From: Octopus bimaculoides
Lineage: Eukaryota
Direction of reading: 5' to 3'
Length of the DNA: 45,919 nt
Assembly (NCBI RefSeq): GCF_001194135.2
Contig: NC_068986.1
Coordinates: forward strand, 8,950,233-8,996,151
The first letter of the stretch is position 1. Every line of letters begins with the position of its first letter. The notes beneath the pieces are model-generated. The model saw only the letters and a program-made list of their open reading frames with translations. It was not told where the DNA came from and made no database searches. The translations under genes were made by a program, and so were the position numbers. Shown one piece after another: positions 1 to 11,433 of this stretch.

Positions 1-2229
1 ATATATATATATATATATATACATATATGTATGTATATGTATATATAAAGAAATCTATTGAAATGACACAAAGGGCAATTTGAGAGAGCGCAGCTTTGGT
101 GCTGGTCTTCTTAAAAATTCTACTCATTAGTCCATATTATCGAGTCTTATATTTAACATATCAATGGAGGAAATGTTGCTAAGATGCCGATGTATATATT
201 TGTTGAAAAGAATCAGAGAAATAAGAGCTAATAGAACATTAGCAAAACCATAGCGCACCGAAAATATGAGATTGTCTTTTGAACTTACTGACATGAGGCA
301 ACAAACCTTATTATCTTTTCAGCCATTGGGTGCGTCACGGAAGAAGACTGAGGGTTGATGATTCTGAAACAAGTTCGCCAAATATAGGCCATTTTGTTTC
401 AAGTTGTATCTAGGGAACGATCTGTTGTCTAACAAAATACAATTTTTGCACTGCTTTTGCTATTTACATCCATAAATAATGGTACCAATGAAAGGCTGAG
501 GACACGGGTTCATTGCAACATTCATGGCTGTTGTTAAGATCCTAAACGCCAACCCAGTCTCTCTCAGATTCTGTGATATGCCGAATCACCCAATATTAGT
601 ACCGGTTTGATTTCGCTCAGAAACTTTAAACTTTGTCATGTTATTCTAGAATAATGTCGATTTCTCTTACTCCAAACATCCACACATGTGTGTATGTATG
701 TATGTATGTATGTACATACGTACGTACGTATCTATCTATCTATCTATCTATCNNNNNNNNNNTATATATATATATATACACATGCACACCAAAATGATAT
801 CCGACATATGATAGACAACACTCTTGTTATGACATAATACTTGTGAGAAATTGTCTCGAGTTTTGTTGCCTGAAAGATTTCGTAACGTTTTACAGTTAAT
901 AATAGAAAAGAGGCAAGCATTGTGTGTTGAGTGAGTTAGTATGAACGAAAGAGATCAATTACAGGGTTTAGATTACTTACAGATATATATCTGTAAGTGT
1001 CACTACTTGAAGCCCTCCCTCGGTGGCGCAGAGGGTATCAAAGTAAAAAAACGAAAAACGAAGCAAACAAAAAACCCAGTTCTTCTTGAAGAAAGTATAA
1101 TTATGTTGAAACAGTAGTCAGTAATAGGTATTTCAAATAGAATCTTCTCGCAGCAGCTGCCGCCACGGCCGTTTCCTAAATGGAATTGTCTTCATGCGAA
1201 ATTTATTTACGTCTGAAAATTATCAAGTACAAAAGTAAATTAAAAACAAAATAATCAACAATCATATATATATGTATATATATANNNNNNNNNNNNNNNN
1301 NNNNNNNNNNNNNNNNNNNNNNNNNNNNNNNNNNNNNNNNNNNNNNNNNNNNNNNNNNNNNNNNNNNNNNNNNNNNNNNNNNNNNNNNNNNNNNNNNNNN
1401 NNNNNNNNNNNNNNNNNNNNNNNNNNNNNNNNNNNNNNNNNNNNNNNNNNNNNNNNNNNNNNNNNNNNNNNNNNNNNNNNNNNNNNNNNNNNNNNNNNNN
1501 NNNNNNNNNNNNNNNNNNNNNNNNNNNNNNNNNNNNNNNNNNNNNNNNNNNNNNNNNNNNNNNNNNNNNNNNNNNNNNNNNNNNNNNNNNNNNNNNNNNN
1601 NNNNNNNNNNNNNNNNNNNNNNNNNNNNNNNNNNNNNNNNNNNNNNNNNNNNNNNNNNNNNNNNNNNNNNNNNNNNNNNNNNNNNNNNNNNNNNNNNNNN
1701 NNNNNNNNNNNNNNNNNNNNNNNNNNNNNNNNNNNNNNNNNNNNNNNNNNNNNNNNNNNNNNNNNNNNNNNNNNNNNNNNNNNNNNNNNNNNNNNNNNNN
1801 NNNNNNNNNNNNNNNNNNNNNNNNNNNNNNNNNNNNNNNNNNNNNNNNNNNNNNNNNNNNNNNNNNNNNNNNNNNNNNNNNNNNNNNNNNNNNNNNNNNN
1901 NNNNNNNNNNNNNNNNNNNNNNNNNNNNNNNNNNNNNNNNNNNNNNNNNNNNNNNNNNNNNNNNNNNNNNNNNNNNNNNNNNNNNNNNNNNNNNNNNNNN
2001 NNNNNNNNNNNNNNNNNNNNNNNNNNNNNNNNNNNNNNNNNNNNNNNNNNNNNNNNNNNNNNNNNNNNNNNNNNNNNNNNNNNNNNNNNNNNNNNNNNNN
2101 NNNNNNNNNNNNNNNNNNNNNNNNNNNNNNNNNNNNNNNNNNNNNNNNNNNNNNNNNNNNNNNNNNNNNNNNNNNNNNNNNNNNNNNNNNNNNNNNNNNN
2201 NNNNNNNNNNNNNNNNNNNNNNNNNNNNN

Positions 2230-2266
<37 letters not shown>

Positions 2267-2536
2267 GTGTGTGCGTGTATAAGTGTGTATGTGTATCTCT
2301 GTGTGCGTATGTCTCCTTTCTTGAGCAGAATTGTTACAGCAAATAATTACTCGATATATTTCCGCTCTAATTATAATTAATTGCACATTAATTATATTAG
2401 CCCTCACTTAACTAAATATCTTATCCTAATATTTTCTTTTGAGTTCTTGTCCTCGTGTTTGTAAATCACGTAAAGATTTGCCTGAAATGCGAGTCTAGCT
2501 ATGCGTAACAACACTTCATGATATATAAGCTTAATA

Positions 2537-2713
2537 AAGGCGATGCGCTGGCAGAATGCTTAGCGGCATTTTGTCTGTCCTTATGTTCTGAGTTCAAATT
2601 CCACCGAGGTCGACTTTGTCTTTCATCTTTTCAGAGTCGATGAAATAAATACCAGTTGAACGTTGGGGTCGATGTAATCGACTTGCCCCTCCCCCCAAAT
2701 TACTGGACTTGTC
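2537..2713 (+). mobile_element. Family A tRNA-head SINE, internally deleted copy
   Basis: Head AAGGCGATGCGCTGGCAGAA, B-box-like GAGTTCAAATTCC, body GAGGTCGACTTTG and GTCGATGTAATCGAC hairpin; aligns by eye with more than 10 other copies in the window. Confidence 0.85.
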
Positions 2714-2734
2714 ACGCACGCGCACCTTTGTTTT

Positions 2735-2995
2735 AGGATCACCACTACTTTATTATGTCCCCTTCTTCCTAGCTCTTCTGTCTGACCACCCCTCTCCGGC
2801 CATCGCTATGATTGACCACTAACTACTAAAGGTTTCTTTTTTTTTATTCTCTCTCTGTTTATTTTATCATGTTCCTTTCTGCTGAAGAGCGTAGGCTCGA
2901 AACGTAAAAGACTTTCTCACCTTCCCGAGCGTCAAACTAATACACCTGCTTGTTGTTTACACACCTGTCGTCTTTTGTTTTTTATAAATTTCAAC
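2735..2995 (+). mobile_element. Probable Penelope-like element terminal fragment
   Basis: Contains CTGCTGAAGAGCGTAGGCTCGAAACGT, a hammerhead-like CTGANGA...GAAAC motif typical of PLE termini; pyrimidine-rich flanks; ends directly in (TA)n. No RT or GIY-YIG peptide seen. Confidence 0.5.
2875..2910 (+). ncRNA. Candidate minimal type I hammerhead ribozyme (variant core)
   Basis: Stem I CTTT(2875-78)/AAAG(2907-10); core CTGCTGA plus an extra A; stem II GAGC-GTAG-GCTC; GAAA; palindromic ACGT stem III; putative cleavage triplet GTA ending at 2906. Confidence 0.5.
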
Positions 2996-3336
2996 TATAT
3001 ATATATATATATATATACACATATNNNNNNNNNNNNNNNNNNNNNNNNNNNNNNNNNNNNNNNNNNNNNNNNNNNNNNNNNNNNNNNNNNNNNNNNNNNN
3101 NNNNNNNNNNNNNNNNNNNNNNNNNNNNNNNNNNNNNNNNNNNNNNNNNNNNNNNNNNNNNNNNNNNNNNNNNNNNNNNNNNNNNNNNNNNNNNNNNNNN
3201 NNNNNNNNNNNNNNNNNNNNNNNNNNNNNNNNNNNNNNNNNNNNNNNNNNNNNNNNNNNNNNNNNNNNNNNNNNNNNNNNNNNNNNNNNNNNNNNNNNNN
3301 NNNNNNNNNNNNNNNNNNNNNNNNNNNNNNATATAT

Positions 3337-4017
3337 GTCAGGTCACTTGTGAGGTCACCTATGTGTGCTACTGGTAACATGTAATCCAGTACAATTCGCA
3401 GCCCGCCAAGGCTTACCTGCTGATGACCGTTAGTAGAAACCCAGCAGGATTAAAACCAAGACCTGCGATAAGATCGGATGAATCTTGTGTAGGTTCAACG
3501 ACAGTCTAGTAATAGCAAGGGTCCTCAGAAATTCTGGGTTGCTGGAAGGTCACTGAGTGTGAGGAAACCCTTATCTTTTGTTAAAGCAGATCTCTGGGGA
3601 AGGACACTCTGAAATAAAACCAGACATGCAGGGAATGGCATTGAACATTTTGGTGATCTTTTGCTTGCGCTTGATATCATGGTGCTCCCACATTCCTGAG
3701 CCTGCAATGGATATTGGCACTGGATATCTTACCCTGGGTTGTCTCTGGATCATATCAGTGGGGTAGAAAGGGTCTGTGATATATTGTAAAAGCCTTATTG
3801 GACTTAAAATTTTAGGTTGTGCAATTACTGGCGAGGAAACTATGTGATGCCCGGTCGGGATGGAAGGTGCCAAGGCGAGCATGGAAGCTGCGGACGCAAA
3901 CCCAGGTGAAGCGGGCTGGTGGTGCAATGACCTCATGCATGGGCATTGCTGGCATTTTACATGGGCAATGGTCAACAATGGTCTTCTTCGATCATGAGTA
4001 GGCAGCCATCATCATCA
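3337..4017 (+). mobile_element. Unclassified non-coding retroelement-like sequence with RTE-like 3' end
   Basis: Higher GC than flanks; ends ...TCGATCATGAGTAGGCAGCC(ATC)n, resembling RTE-clade short-repeat tails; no recognisable RT peptide in any frame. Confidence 0.4.
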
Positions 4018-4088
<71 letters not shown>

Positions 4089-4540
4089 CTTGACTTTAAA
4101 CTGAATCCAATAGATGGGCCCTGTTATGGGAGTTCCAAGGTTTTGAGTAGAGTGTAACCACCTCTGAGTCTCTGTTGTTTCTCGGTCTACTCTAATTCGG
4201 AGTACTGGCACCTGTTAAAGCCCCAGCTATAGGTTCACTAGTATGCGAACCAATGAGAATAAAGGACCCCTAGTTCTTGCTAGAACTTCTTTCTAGAAGT
4301 TAAACTCGTATAAAGCACAACTAAAGTACAGTCGGTTTCTGGCTGCCTCTGCTTNNNNNNNNNNNNNNNNNNNNNNNNNNNNNNNNNNNNNNNNNNNNNN
4401 NNNNNNNNNNNNNNNNNNNNNNNNNNNNNNNNNNNNNNNNNNNNNNNNNNNNNNNNNNNNNNNNNNNNNNNNNNGAAGTCACGAAGTTGACTTTTACCAT
4501 GTGTGTGTATGTATGTATGTATGTATGTATGTTTAAACAC

Positions 4541-4586
<46 letters not shown>

Positions 4587-5409
4587 CTTCCAGTGGAATA
4601 TGGAAGAAGTTGCATGGAATTCCTAAACAAGCCGCAACCGAACCAATTTAATTAATTCTGTGAAGCAGTAGAATATCACTTCCAATGTATTCAATAAATC
4701 TTTGTATCTAAAAACATCGACAGGACCCAACTGTACTTGATGTACACCAAAATATTTGGGAAATAATTATGATTATTAAATATAATTAAGTAGATTTACT
4801 CAGTTTATTTATATAAGCGACTTTTCTGTTAAATACCTTCGCTAATTACTTAATTACAACGAACCTATCAAACTAGACAAGGATTAAGACAAAATGAAAA
4901 AAAGAAAGAGACGAGGAAGTGGAAGATGTGAAGCGTAAAATTACATTTTGTTTTTCTTTTTTCTGAAATGTGTTGTATTTTCACCAGAAAATCATAAGTT
5001 CAGTTTTTACATTAGCTTTTCTTTTTGCTTTGTGAATGAAAAATCACATTTCGGTAAATTGTTATTGCATAACAATCTAAGAATGGAATGTATTCACTGG
5101 CTGAATGGGTCAGTGCCGGACGCAATATTGCGCTCTTGCCAGTGAACCGAATCTTATGATCAGTTTGCATTCCGGTTCCGGTTTTAACTTTATCAGAGAG
5201 TGAAAGGTTAGCACTGATAATCTTCTTAGTAGAAGATTTGAGACTGGTGCAGAAGAGAGAGAGGAAGGAACCATTCTTCATGGATTACTGCAGTTGGAAT
5301 CAGTGCATATAAAGTTGTTGTGAATATTCGGTGCTGTTAAACTGGGTGAAAAATGAAGTTTACCATTGAAAAGTCCCGGTTCGCACGAGGTTATTGTTGA
5401 AGACAATTA

Positions 5410-5490
5410 CTTATCGTACTGAGCGGTGGAACCGAACCTAGAACTACGTGATTGTGACGCGAACTTCTCAATCACACAGCCATACTTGCC
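5410..5490 (-). mobile_element. Family B SINE head fragment
   Basis: Reverse strand reads GGCAAGTATGGCTGTGTGATTGAGAAG...GGTTCGGTTCCAC, matching the family B head. Confidence 0.65.
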
Positions 5491-5523
5491 AGGTTGAACC
5501 ATTTCACTTTAATTACATAATGG

Positions 5524-5726
5524 TTTCAAATTTTGACACAAAGCCAGAGGTTTCGGGGGAGGGGGCTGAGTCGATTACAACGACCCCAGTACTCGACTGA
5601 GTCTTATTTTATCGATCCCGAAAGCAAAGTCGGCCTCAGCGAAATTTGAACCCAGAACATAAAGACAGGCCAAATGCTGCCAAGCATTTTGCCCGAAGCG
5701 CTAATGATTCTGCCAGCTCACCGCTT
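5524..5726 (-). mobile_element. Family A SINE
   Basis: Near full-length diverged copy, head to tail. Confidence 0.85.
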
Positions 5727-6361
5727 TCTCTCCAAAATTATATTTTGTAAATACCACTGCAAAACATACCAATATCAACAGTTCTTTTCGTTACAAAAAG
5801 TAAAAAAAAAAAATCCAATACAAACGGTTGCTTTTTTAAAATTTAAATCAAATAAAATGTTTCACATTTTTGTGAGTAACGTAGAGGAATATGAAGATTC
5901 CACTCCATTTATTCCAATTTCCAATGTCAGACACCCCTGTTGTTACTTTCTCGGATTTTGATGTAATTCTCCAAAAGAAGCGACATCCTTCATAAAACGG
6001 TGTCACTTTGCTCAAATACTTCATTTAACAAACTCTCTATCAATATAATCATATTTTCTTGATTTTCTTTCTTTCTTTCTAACACTCTCTGTTATACCTT
6101 TGTTATTAAGCACCTCTCTGTCACAGTTAAACTTTTTTCAGAGATTCCCGTTCATATTCTCAGAGGAATACAAGTAGAGACAAACGTATCACCAAAGCAA
6201 ACACAGTCTTTTCAGTTTTCATGTCTTTGGAGTCTCAAACCTCTACGAGTGTGTAACCGACTCAACCAGGATTCTTCCGCTTTTCAAAAAATGTATCTGT
6301 TTTATAAAGTTTTAAAGAACTAAGTGAAAGATAGTCTTTAAAATACATTTAAAAAAAAATG

Positions 6362-6693
6362 AAGTTTTGTCCCAAACCAGGGACTGAGACGTAAGGGATT
6401 ACAAAGATGGAAAAGAAGGACCCTACAAATTCAAAAGGTGTCAATTCAAACGACTGAATATCCTAGACGATGATAAGGAGTTCGAAGGAGAAGCAATTCG
6501 TAGAAAGAAGCGATTGGAATGGCTCAACAGAGAAATGATGTGCCTGGGAGGAGAAGCGGGTGACATGTTTGAAGGTGTTGACGGAGGGTAATAGATCAGA
6601 AAGCTCACCAGAGCAATGACGATGGAAATACTTGTAGAAAAAAAAATGCAGGAGTCAAAGACTGTAACATAGCGGAAAGAAGAGGACCCGCCA
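6362..6693 (-). mobile_element. CR1/L2-group LINE ORF2 C-terminal remnant
   Basis: Minus-strand translation FYKYFHRHCSGELSDLLPSVNTFKHVTRFSSQAHHFSVE and, after a frameshift, HSNRFFLRIASPSNSLSSS; matches the recalled CR1-type C-terminal pattern FYRYxHGxCSxELxxLxP...TRxSxxAH...NSFFPRTxxLWNSLP. Confidence 0.7.
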
Positions 6694-7951
6694 TGTTGTA
6701 TAAAGTTTTACAGAACTAAATGAAGGTCAATCTTTAAAATAAATGTTATATAAAGTTTTATAAAATTAAGTGAAGAAACTTTTTGTCATATTTGTGTCTC
6801 ACCTATAATTGGGTTATTACTGGTACTAGTTCTATCGAAGAAGACTAAAAAGGTCATCTGATAAGTTGCCAGGTAAGTGTGGCACTAAACCTGCCAATAT
6901 AAATAAGTTGCTATGATTTTATTGTCTATAATTAGTCGATCATGTACCTCTTGATATATTTGCACCATTTTGGTCAGAATTGATTGAAAGTAGATCACAG
7001 AATAAAACAGAGTGTGCCAATTGCTTAAGGCATATTGAGTAGCAGCACAACTAATAAAATGGCTATATTATTGCAAGTCCGTTTTGACAATCTTTGTACA
7101 ACTCTTATTAGTTCCATCGAGTTTCCCTGTTTTATTATTTTCTTTCAACAAGCATTAACATTTATGCATAGAGAAAAGATTCTATACATTTCTTTCATAT
7201 TCTGTCCTACTATTGATCTACGAAAACAGAAAGATATGCAAAAGATAAAAAAAAATTAATTAGAATAGGAAATCTTTCATCTCATCCATCAAAGTTTCAA
7301 ACGATGAAGCTATAGAAAAATAAGATTCCTCTTTGAATTGTCGATAGTTACTGAAATATGCCAATTGAATGTAATTGTGTGTTTAAAATGACTGAAGCTG
7401 TAGAGACGAAGAAGATAAAAAAAATATTGATTTGGAGACAGCGTGTTGTTTACAAATAGAATACTTCTAGCGCTATTTTCTAATTGGAGCAGCCAAAAGG
7501 ATAAGACAATGGTTTTTGGTCTTATTAGTTGTGATTTCATATTCTGGTGCTGATGCGATTTTAACTGTTTAGTTTCCAGGGAAGTACGAGAAGATGATAA
7601 GAGAAGCTGCGAACCATTTGATGAAGTGTACATTTTATTCAGTAAATAACTCCCTGGCGGAAGTTGTGTTCACCACAAGAAGCATTGTTTCTAATTAGAT
7701 TTTCGTTTTGCTTACTTGTTTTTTTTTTTTGCTTTATACGATCTGATAACATTTTCTGACAAAAGACAGATAAAGACGATATTATTACAAAACAGTGAGT
7801 GGCGTTGTTAGATCGAATGTCTGACGAGAGTAACCAACTTTTTGGCTGCTCATTATATTTAAAACCACAGCCATAAAATTATCAGGAGTCGTTTTCACAA
7901 TCTTTCTACTACTCCATCCATTTTTCCTGTTTTATATACTTGTTAAGTAAC

Positions 7952-8240
7952 TGGCATTCGTTGCTTACAGCGGAACAGCCTGCTTATGAAATTAAGTGGC
8001 CGAATACTCCTTAGACACGTGTACCATTAACGTAATTCTCAGTGAGATTCAGCTTGACGTTGCATGTAACAAAACTAGCCCTTCGAAATACAGGGGCTAC
8101 TCATTTTGGCCAGCTTAGTGGAATGGAGCAACGTGATAGAAAGTGCCTTGCTCCAAAAGACACAACGTCCCGCTGAGTATCGAACTCACGGTCTTACGAT
8201 TGTGAGCCGGCTACACCTAACCACTTACTCACACGCCTTC
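7952..8240 (-). mobile_element. Family C tRNA-head SINE, diverged
   Basis: Head GAAGGCGTGTG...GAGTTCGATAC, core TTGGAGCAAGGCAC; 3' part (GCAGGCTGTTCCG, GGTACACGTG) shared with 30646-30978. Confidence 0.75.
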
Positions 8241-9739
8241 ATATGTTAAGCACATAGTTAAAGTATGTACTAATCAAGTGCTGGAGTCGGTTTAATCGAT
8301 TACAACCTTCCATAAAATGTGTGGCCTTGTATCTATATTTAAATCGTTATTCATGTTTACATATAAATAAGCAAATTAAATGGTGTTTAATAAGATAAAT
8401 ATTTTATAATCATACTTAATAATTACATTATCTCAAGTTAGTCATACACATAATCTAAGAGCGTTAGTTTTCGTAATAAACAATTTGTTTTCGCGATTTA
8501 TTGGAAAATATCATTATGATTTAATCGTAAAAATATTTTTCTTAATGCGATTTAAAGTAGGACTTAATCCTTCCAAAACAACAACGAAAACTAATTCTAA
8601 ACAATCTTCTTTAAATGCTTGCATTCATTCAGGTGAATCGCATTTAGACGATAATATTATTATTAATTCTCTTTTTAATCTCTACTTAATCCTTATTTTT
8701 CATTTTTAATTATAATTTTCTCATATTGAAATGAAATCACAAATATTCTTTTGATTTTGTTTCAAGTGTCGAATCTCAAACTAAAAAAAAAAAAATCATG
8801 ATTTAAACTGATGTACTTAACCATTTTTATGGTGCTATTGAACACTTTTACACGGTGCTGTTATACAAAATTATAATTGAGGGTGTCTTGTAGGAACTAT
8901 CATCTAAAAATTTTAATGAATTGTTTTCGAGGAAAATTAAATTAAATGCAGTAATTTATAACAGGCAGATACAAGAGAAAACAAAGCAGTGTGCACCATT
9001 TAGGTAAACCGATCATCAAAAATTTTTGAAGTTAGTAGTAAACGTTAGTGTTGTTCAGACATTGTTTTAGTATTCATGCCTCTCCAAAAAGAATTAGATT
9101 AACTCAGTGAGATCAATCAAAATGAAGAAACAAAATTGAATTAAAGGTAGGAATCGATATAATATGGAAGCAAGATAAATATGTATAACGAATTGGCAGG
9201 AACTTGTGAAGCAGCGTGTTAAATCTCTAACAGAATTTGACTGCTCTTCTTTCTCCTTTAGCGTTAAGAAGGGAAGTTTAATGGTTTAAATCTCTATGCC
9301 TTAATACCAAGTGGTGATGTACCTTAACAAAAACACAAATCAATATATTCGTTTTAAAATTAAGATAAAAGTAATTTAAAAACGCAGAAAATGAAAGAAA
9401 ATAAATTTTTATGGAAAAAAATATAATATTGAATCAATAATCTCTAATTGAGTATTTTGAAGAGAAATCATATCTTGTTCATTTATTTCATCATTAAAAA
9501 AGTATTTCAACAAGAAGAACATGAATAAAAACAAAATGTGTCATGTTTCGGGTTTCCAGAATTATGAAGTAGATACTATGTGAAAATACTAAGCAGAGAT
9601 GGTAGTGATCCGATTTGAACTCTCATAATTTTGGTTCAAACCTTTTGTGTTTTACCGCACTCGTAGCATTTGTGAACGACGGAAACCTGCATTCTCACAC
9701 CTACGACTGCTATCTTTTGCTTTGCCTCTAAATCCCTAC

Positions 9740-9890
9740 ACATTCCCATCTGTATATTGATGGCGTTCTCCTTCTATCTACATAAGTTTCTACACCGATG
9801 CCACCAGTCTTCATTCAGCCATCCCTGTACAGACATCAATCACATCAGATACGTTCAAAACATTTTCCTCAGACTTCTTAAACTGTCACA
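9740..9890 (+). mobile_element. Possible highly decayed CR1-type RT fragment
   Basis: LYIDGVLLLST and FYTDATSLHSAI resemble LFINDLL...YADDSTLHSS; short and frameshifted. Confidence 0.3.
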
Positions 9891-9963
9891 CGGCAAGAAA
9901 CTATTCTACTGCACGCAATGATAAGATGTTGATGATAATAGTACTACTACTACTACTACTACT

Positions 9964-10140
9964 ATAGGCACAAGACCAGCAATTTTGGAGAAGGGATTAA
10001 GTCAATTACATCGACACCAGTACTCAACCAGTACTTATTTTATCGACACTAAAAACATGAAAGGCAAAGTCGGCGGAATTTGAACTCAGAACGTAAAGAC
10101 AGACGAAATACCTCTAAGCATTTTGTCTGACGCACTAACG
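9964..10140 (-). mobile_element. Family A SINE, head-truncated
   Basis: Clear body and tail match; tail side abuts (TAC)n, head side abuts (AAT)n. Confidence 0.85.
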
Positions 10141-10148
10141 TCTTAGAA

Positions 10149-10208
<60 letters not shown>
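10149..10208. repeat. (AAT)n microsatellite
   Basis: About 20 pure units. Confidence 0.95.
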
Positions 10209-10680
10209 TGGTGTAAAAGATGCGCTACAGCAAACATTCTACTCAATATTATAGACTTGCTTGTCAGTTGTTTGACTTTAACCAGTTGAGCATGTCCCTT
10301 AGTGGCTGATGATATGTACATCTCTGATCATGAGCAGAAGTAGTTGGGGAGCATCATAGCCATGTGTTGAGAGGAATTCTTTGGGGTTTGAATAATTCAC
10401 CTCTGGAAACATGGGTATTTCGTTCAACATCCTTAAACAACCCTTATTCAAGAACCGTTTGAGCGGGATGGGCTACTCGAACTGAGTAAAATTCTAACTG
10501 GGCCCCACCTACAATGTCATGCGCTGTTTATCTTGATATGAGATCACTATGTCGCGCACATATAGTTGTGATGCATGTGCCTGATGTACCCTTATCGGAT
10601 GGACTGTCATGATGGGTATATTGGGCTTCGTATATTTTACCCCAGTGTCACTTTGATGGCATGCGCTGCTCATTCAGTAA
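10209..10680. mobile_element. Unclassified dispersed repeat (family D)
   Basis: First ~125 bp recur, diverged, at 19179-19306; ends in an AAT-like remnant; no recognisable ORF. Confidence 0.6.
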
Positions 10681-10687
10681 TAATTAT

Positions 10688-11405
10688 AAAGCGTTAAGGA
10701 CTAACTACGTGAAGAACAAAATCGACAACATTACCGACAGCGACAAATACAGAATGTGTGGTGAGCAGGGTGAAAGGGTATGGCACATCGTTAGCAAATG
10801 CCCGAAATTGGCACAGCGCGAATACAAAACACGACATGACAATGTGGCAAGAATGATCCATTGGGAACGGCCTACAAAGAGCAAAGATGTAGTATGAGAA
10901 AACCCCAGAAGGAGTCACTGAGAATGAAGATTGCAAAATCCTGTGGGATGCAATGATCCAGTACGGTCACCTGACCAAACATCGGAAACCGGACATTGCT
11001 GTGGTGAATGAAAAAGAAAAAAACATGTATGATAATCAACATAGCAATGCCCCGGTTACAACAGGATCAATGTGAAAGACGAAGAAAAAATAAACAACTA
11101 CGACGATTTAAAATGGGAAATACGAAGGTTGTGGTCAACGAAGAGAGTCGATGTGATACCAATAGTAATTGGTGCACTTGGAAGTATCAGCACTCAACTA
11201 CCAACATAGCTGAAAAAGATCGGTGCAAGTGTGACGGTAGAACACCTACAAAAATCAGCATTGCTTGGAACTGCAAGAATTCTTCGCAGGGTTCTTGGAG
11301 CATGACCAGTAAAACAAGTGTCACCTTAACCTACCGGCTGTGGACAGCTGACACTTTTCATCACACTCAACAAAATAAGCTGCGACTTTTCATCAAATAA
11401 CAATA
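10688..11405 (+). mobile_element. R4/Dong-like RLE non-LTR retrotransposon, 5'-truncated and frameshifted
   Basis: ALRTNYVK...KYRMCGEQGERVWHIVSKCPKLAQREYKTRHDNVARMIHW (CCHC knuckle region), KILWD...RKPDIAVV (PD-(D/E)xK RLE), IPIVIGALG...LQKSALLGTARILRRVL then TGA at 11303; 3' UTR; AAT/AAC tail. Confidence 0.92.
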
Positions 11406-11433
11406 ATCGCGACAACAGCAACAACAACAATCA

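Noticed and set aside
338-376. Hammerhead-like CGGAAGA...GAAA
   Set aside because: Core U4 is changed and no stem I or NUH arrangement can be drawn
1262-2407. Long ORFs of 125-394 aa here and at 2950, 12750, 30861, 34277, 35551, 40635, 41962 and 44258
   Set aside because: They are open only because N-gaps translate as X without stops
3340-3357. AGGTCA-N6-AGGTCA nuclear-receptor direct repeat
   Set aside because: Lies at the edge of a probable repeat beside a gap; a motif alone is not evidence of function
3571-3978. 135-aa minus-strand ORF
   Set aside because: No recognisable domain; lies antisense within a probable repeat
6870-6878. Perfect CAG|GTAAGT donor
   Set aside because: No convincing upstream acceptor or open frame; region may be a decayed DNA-transposon end
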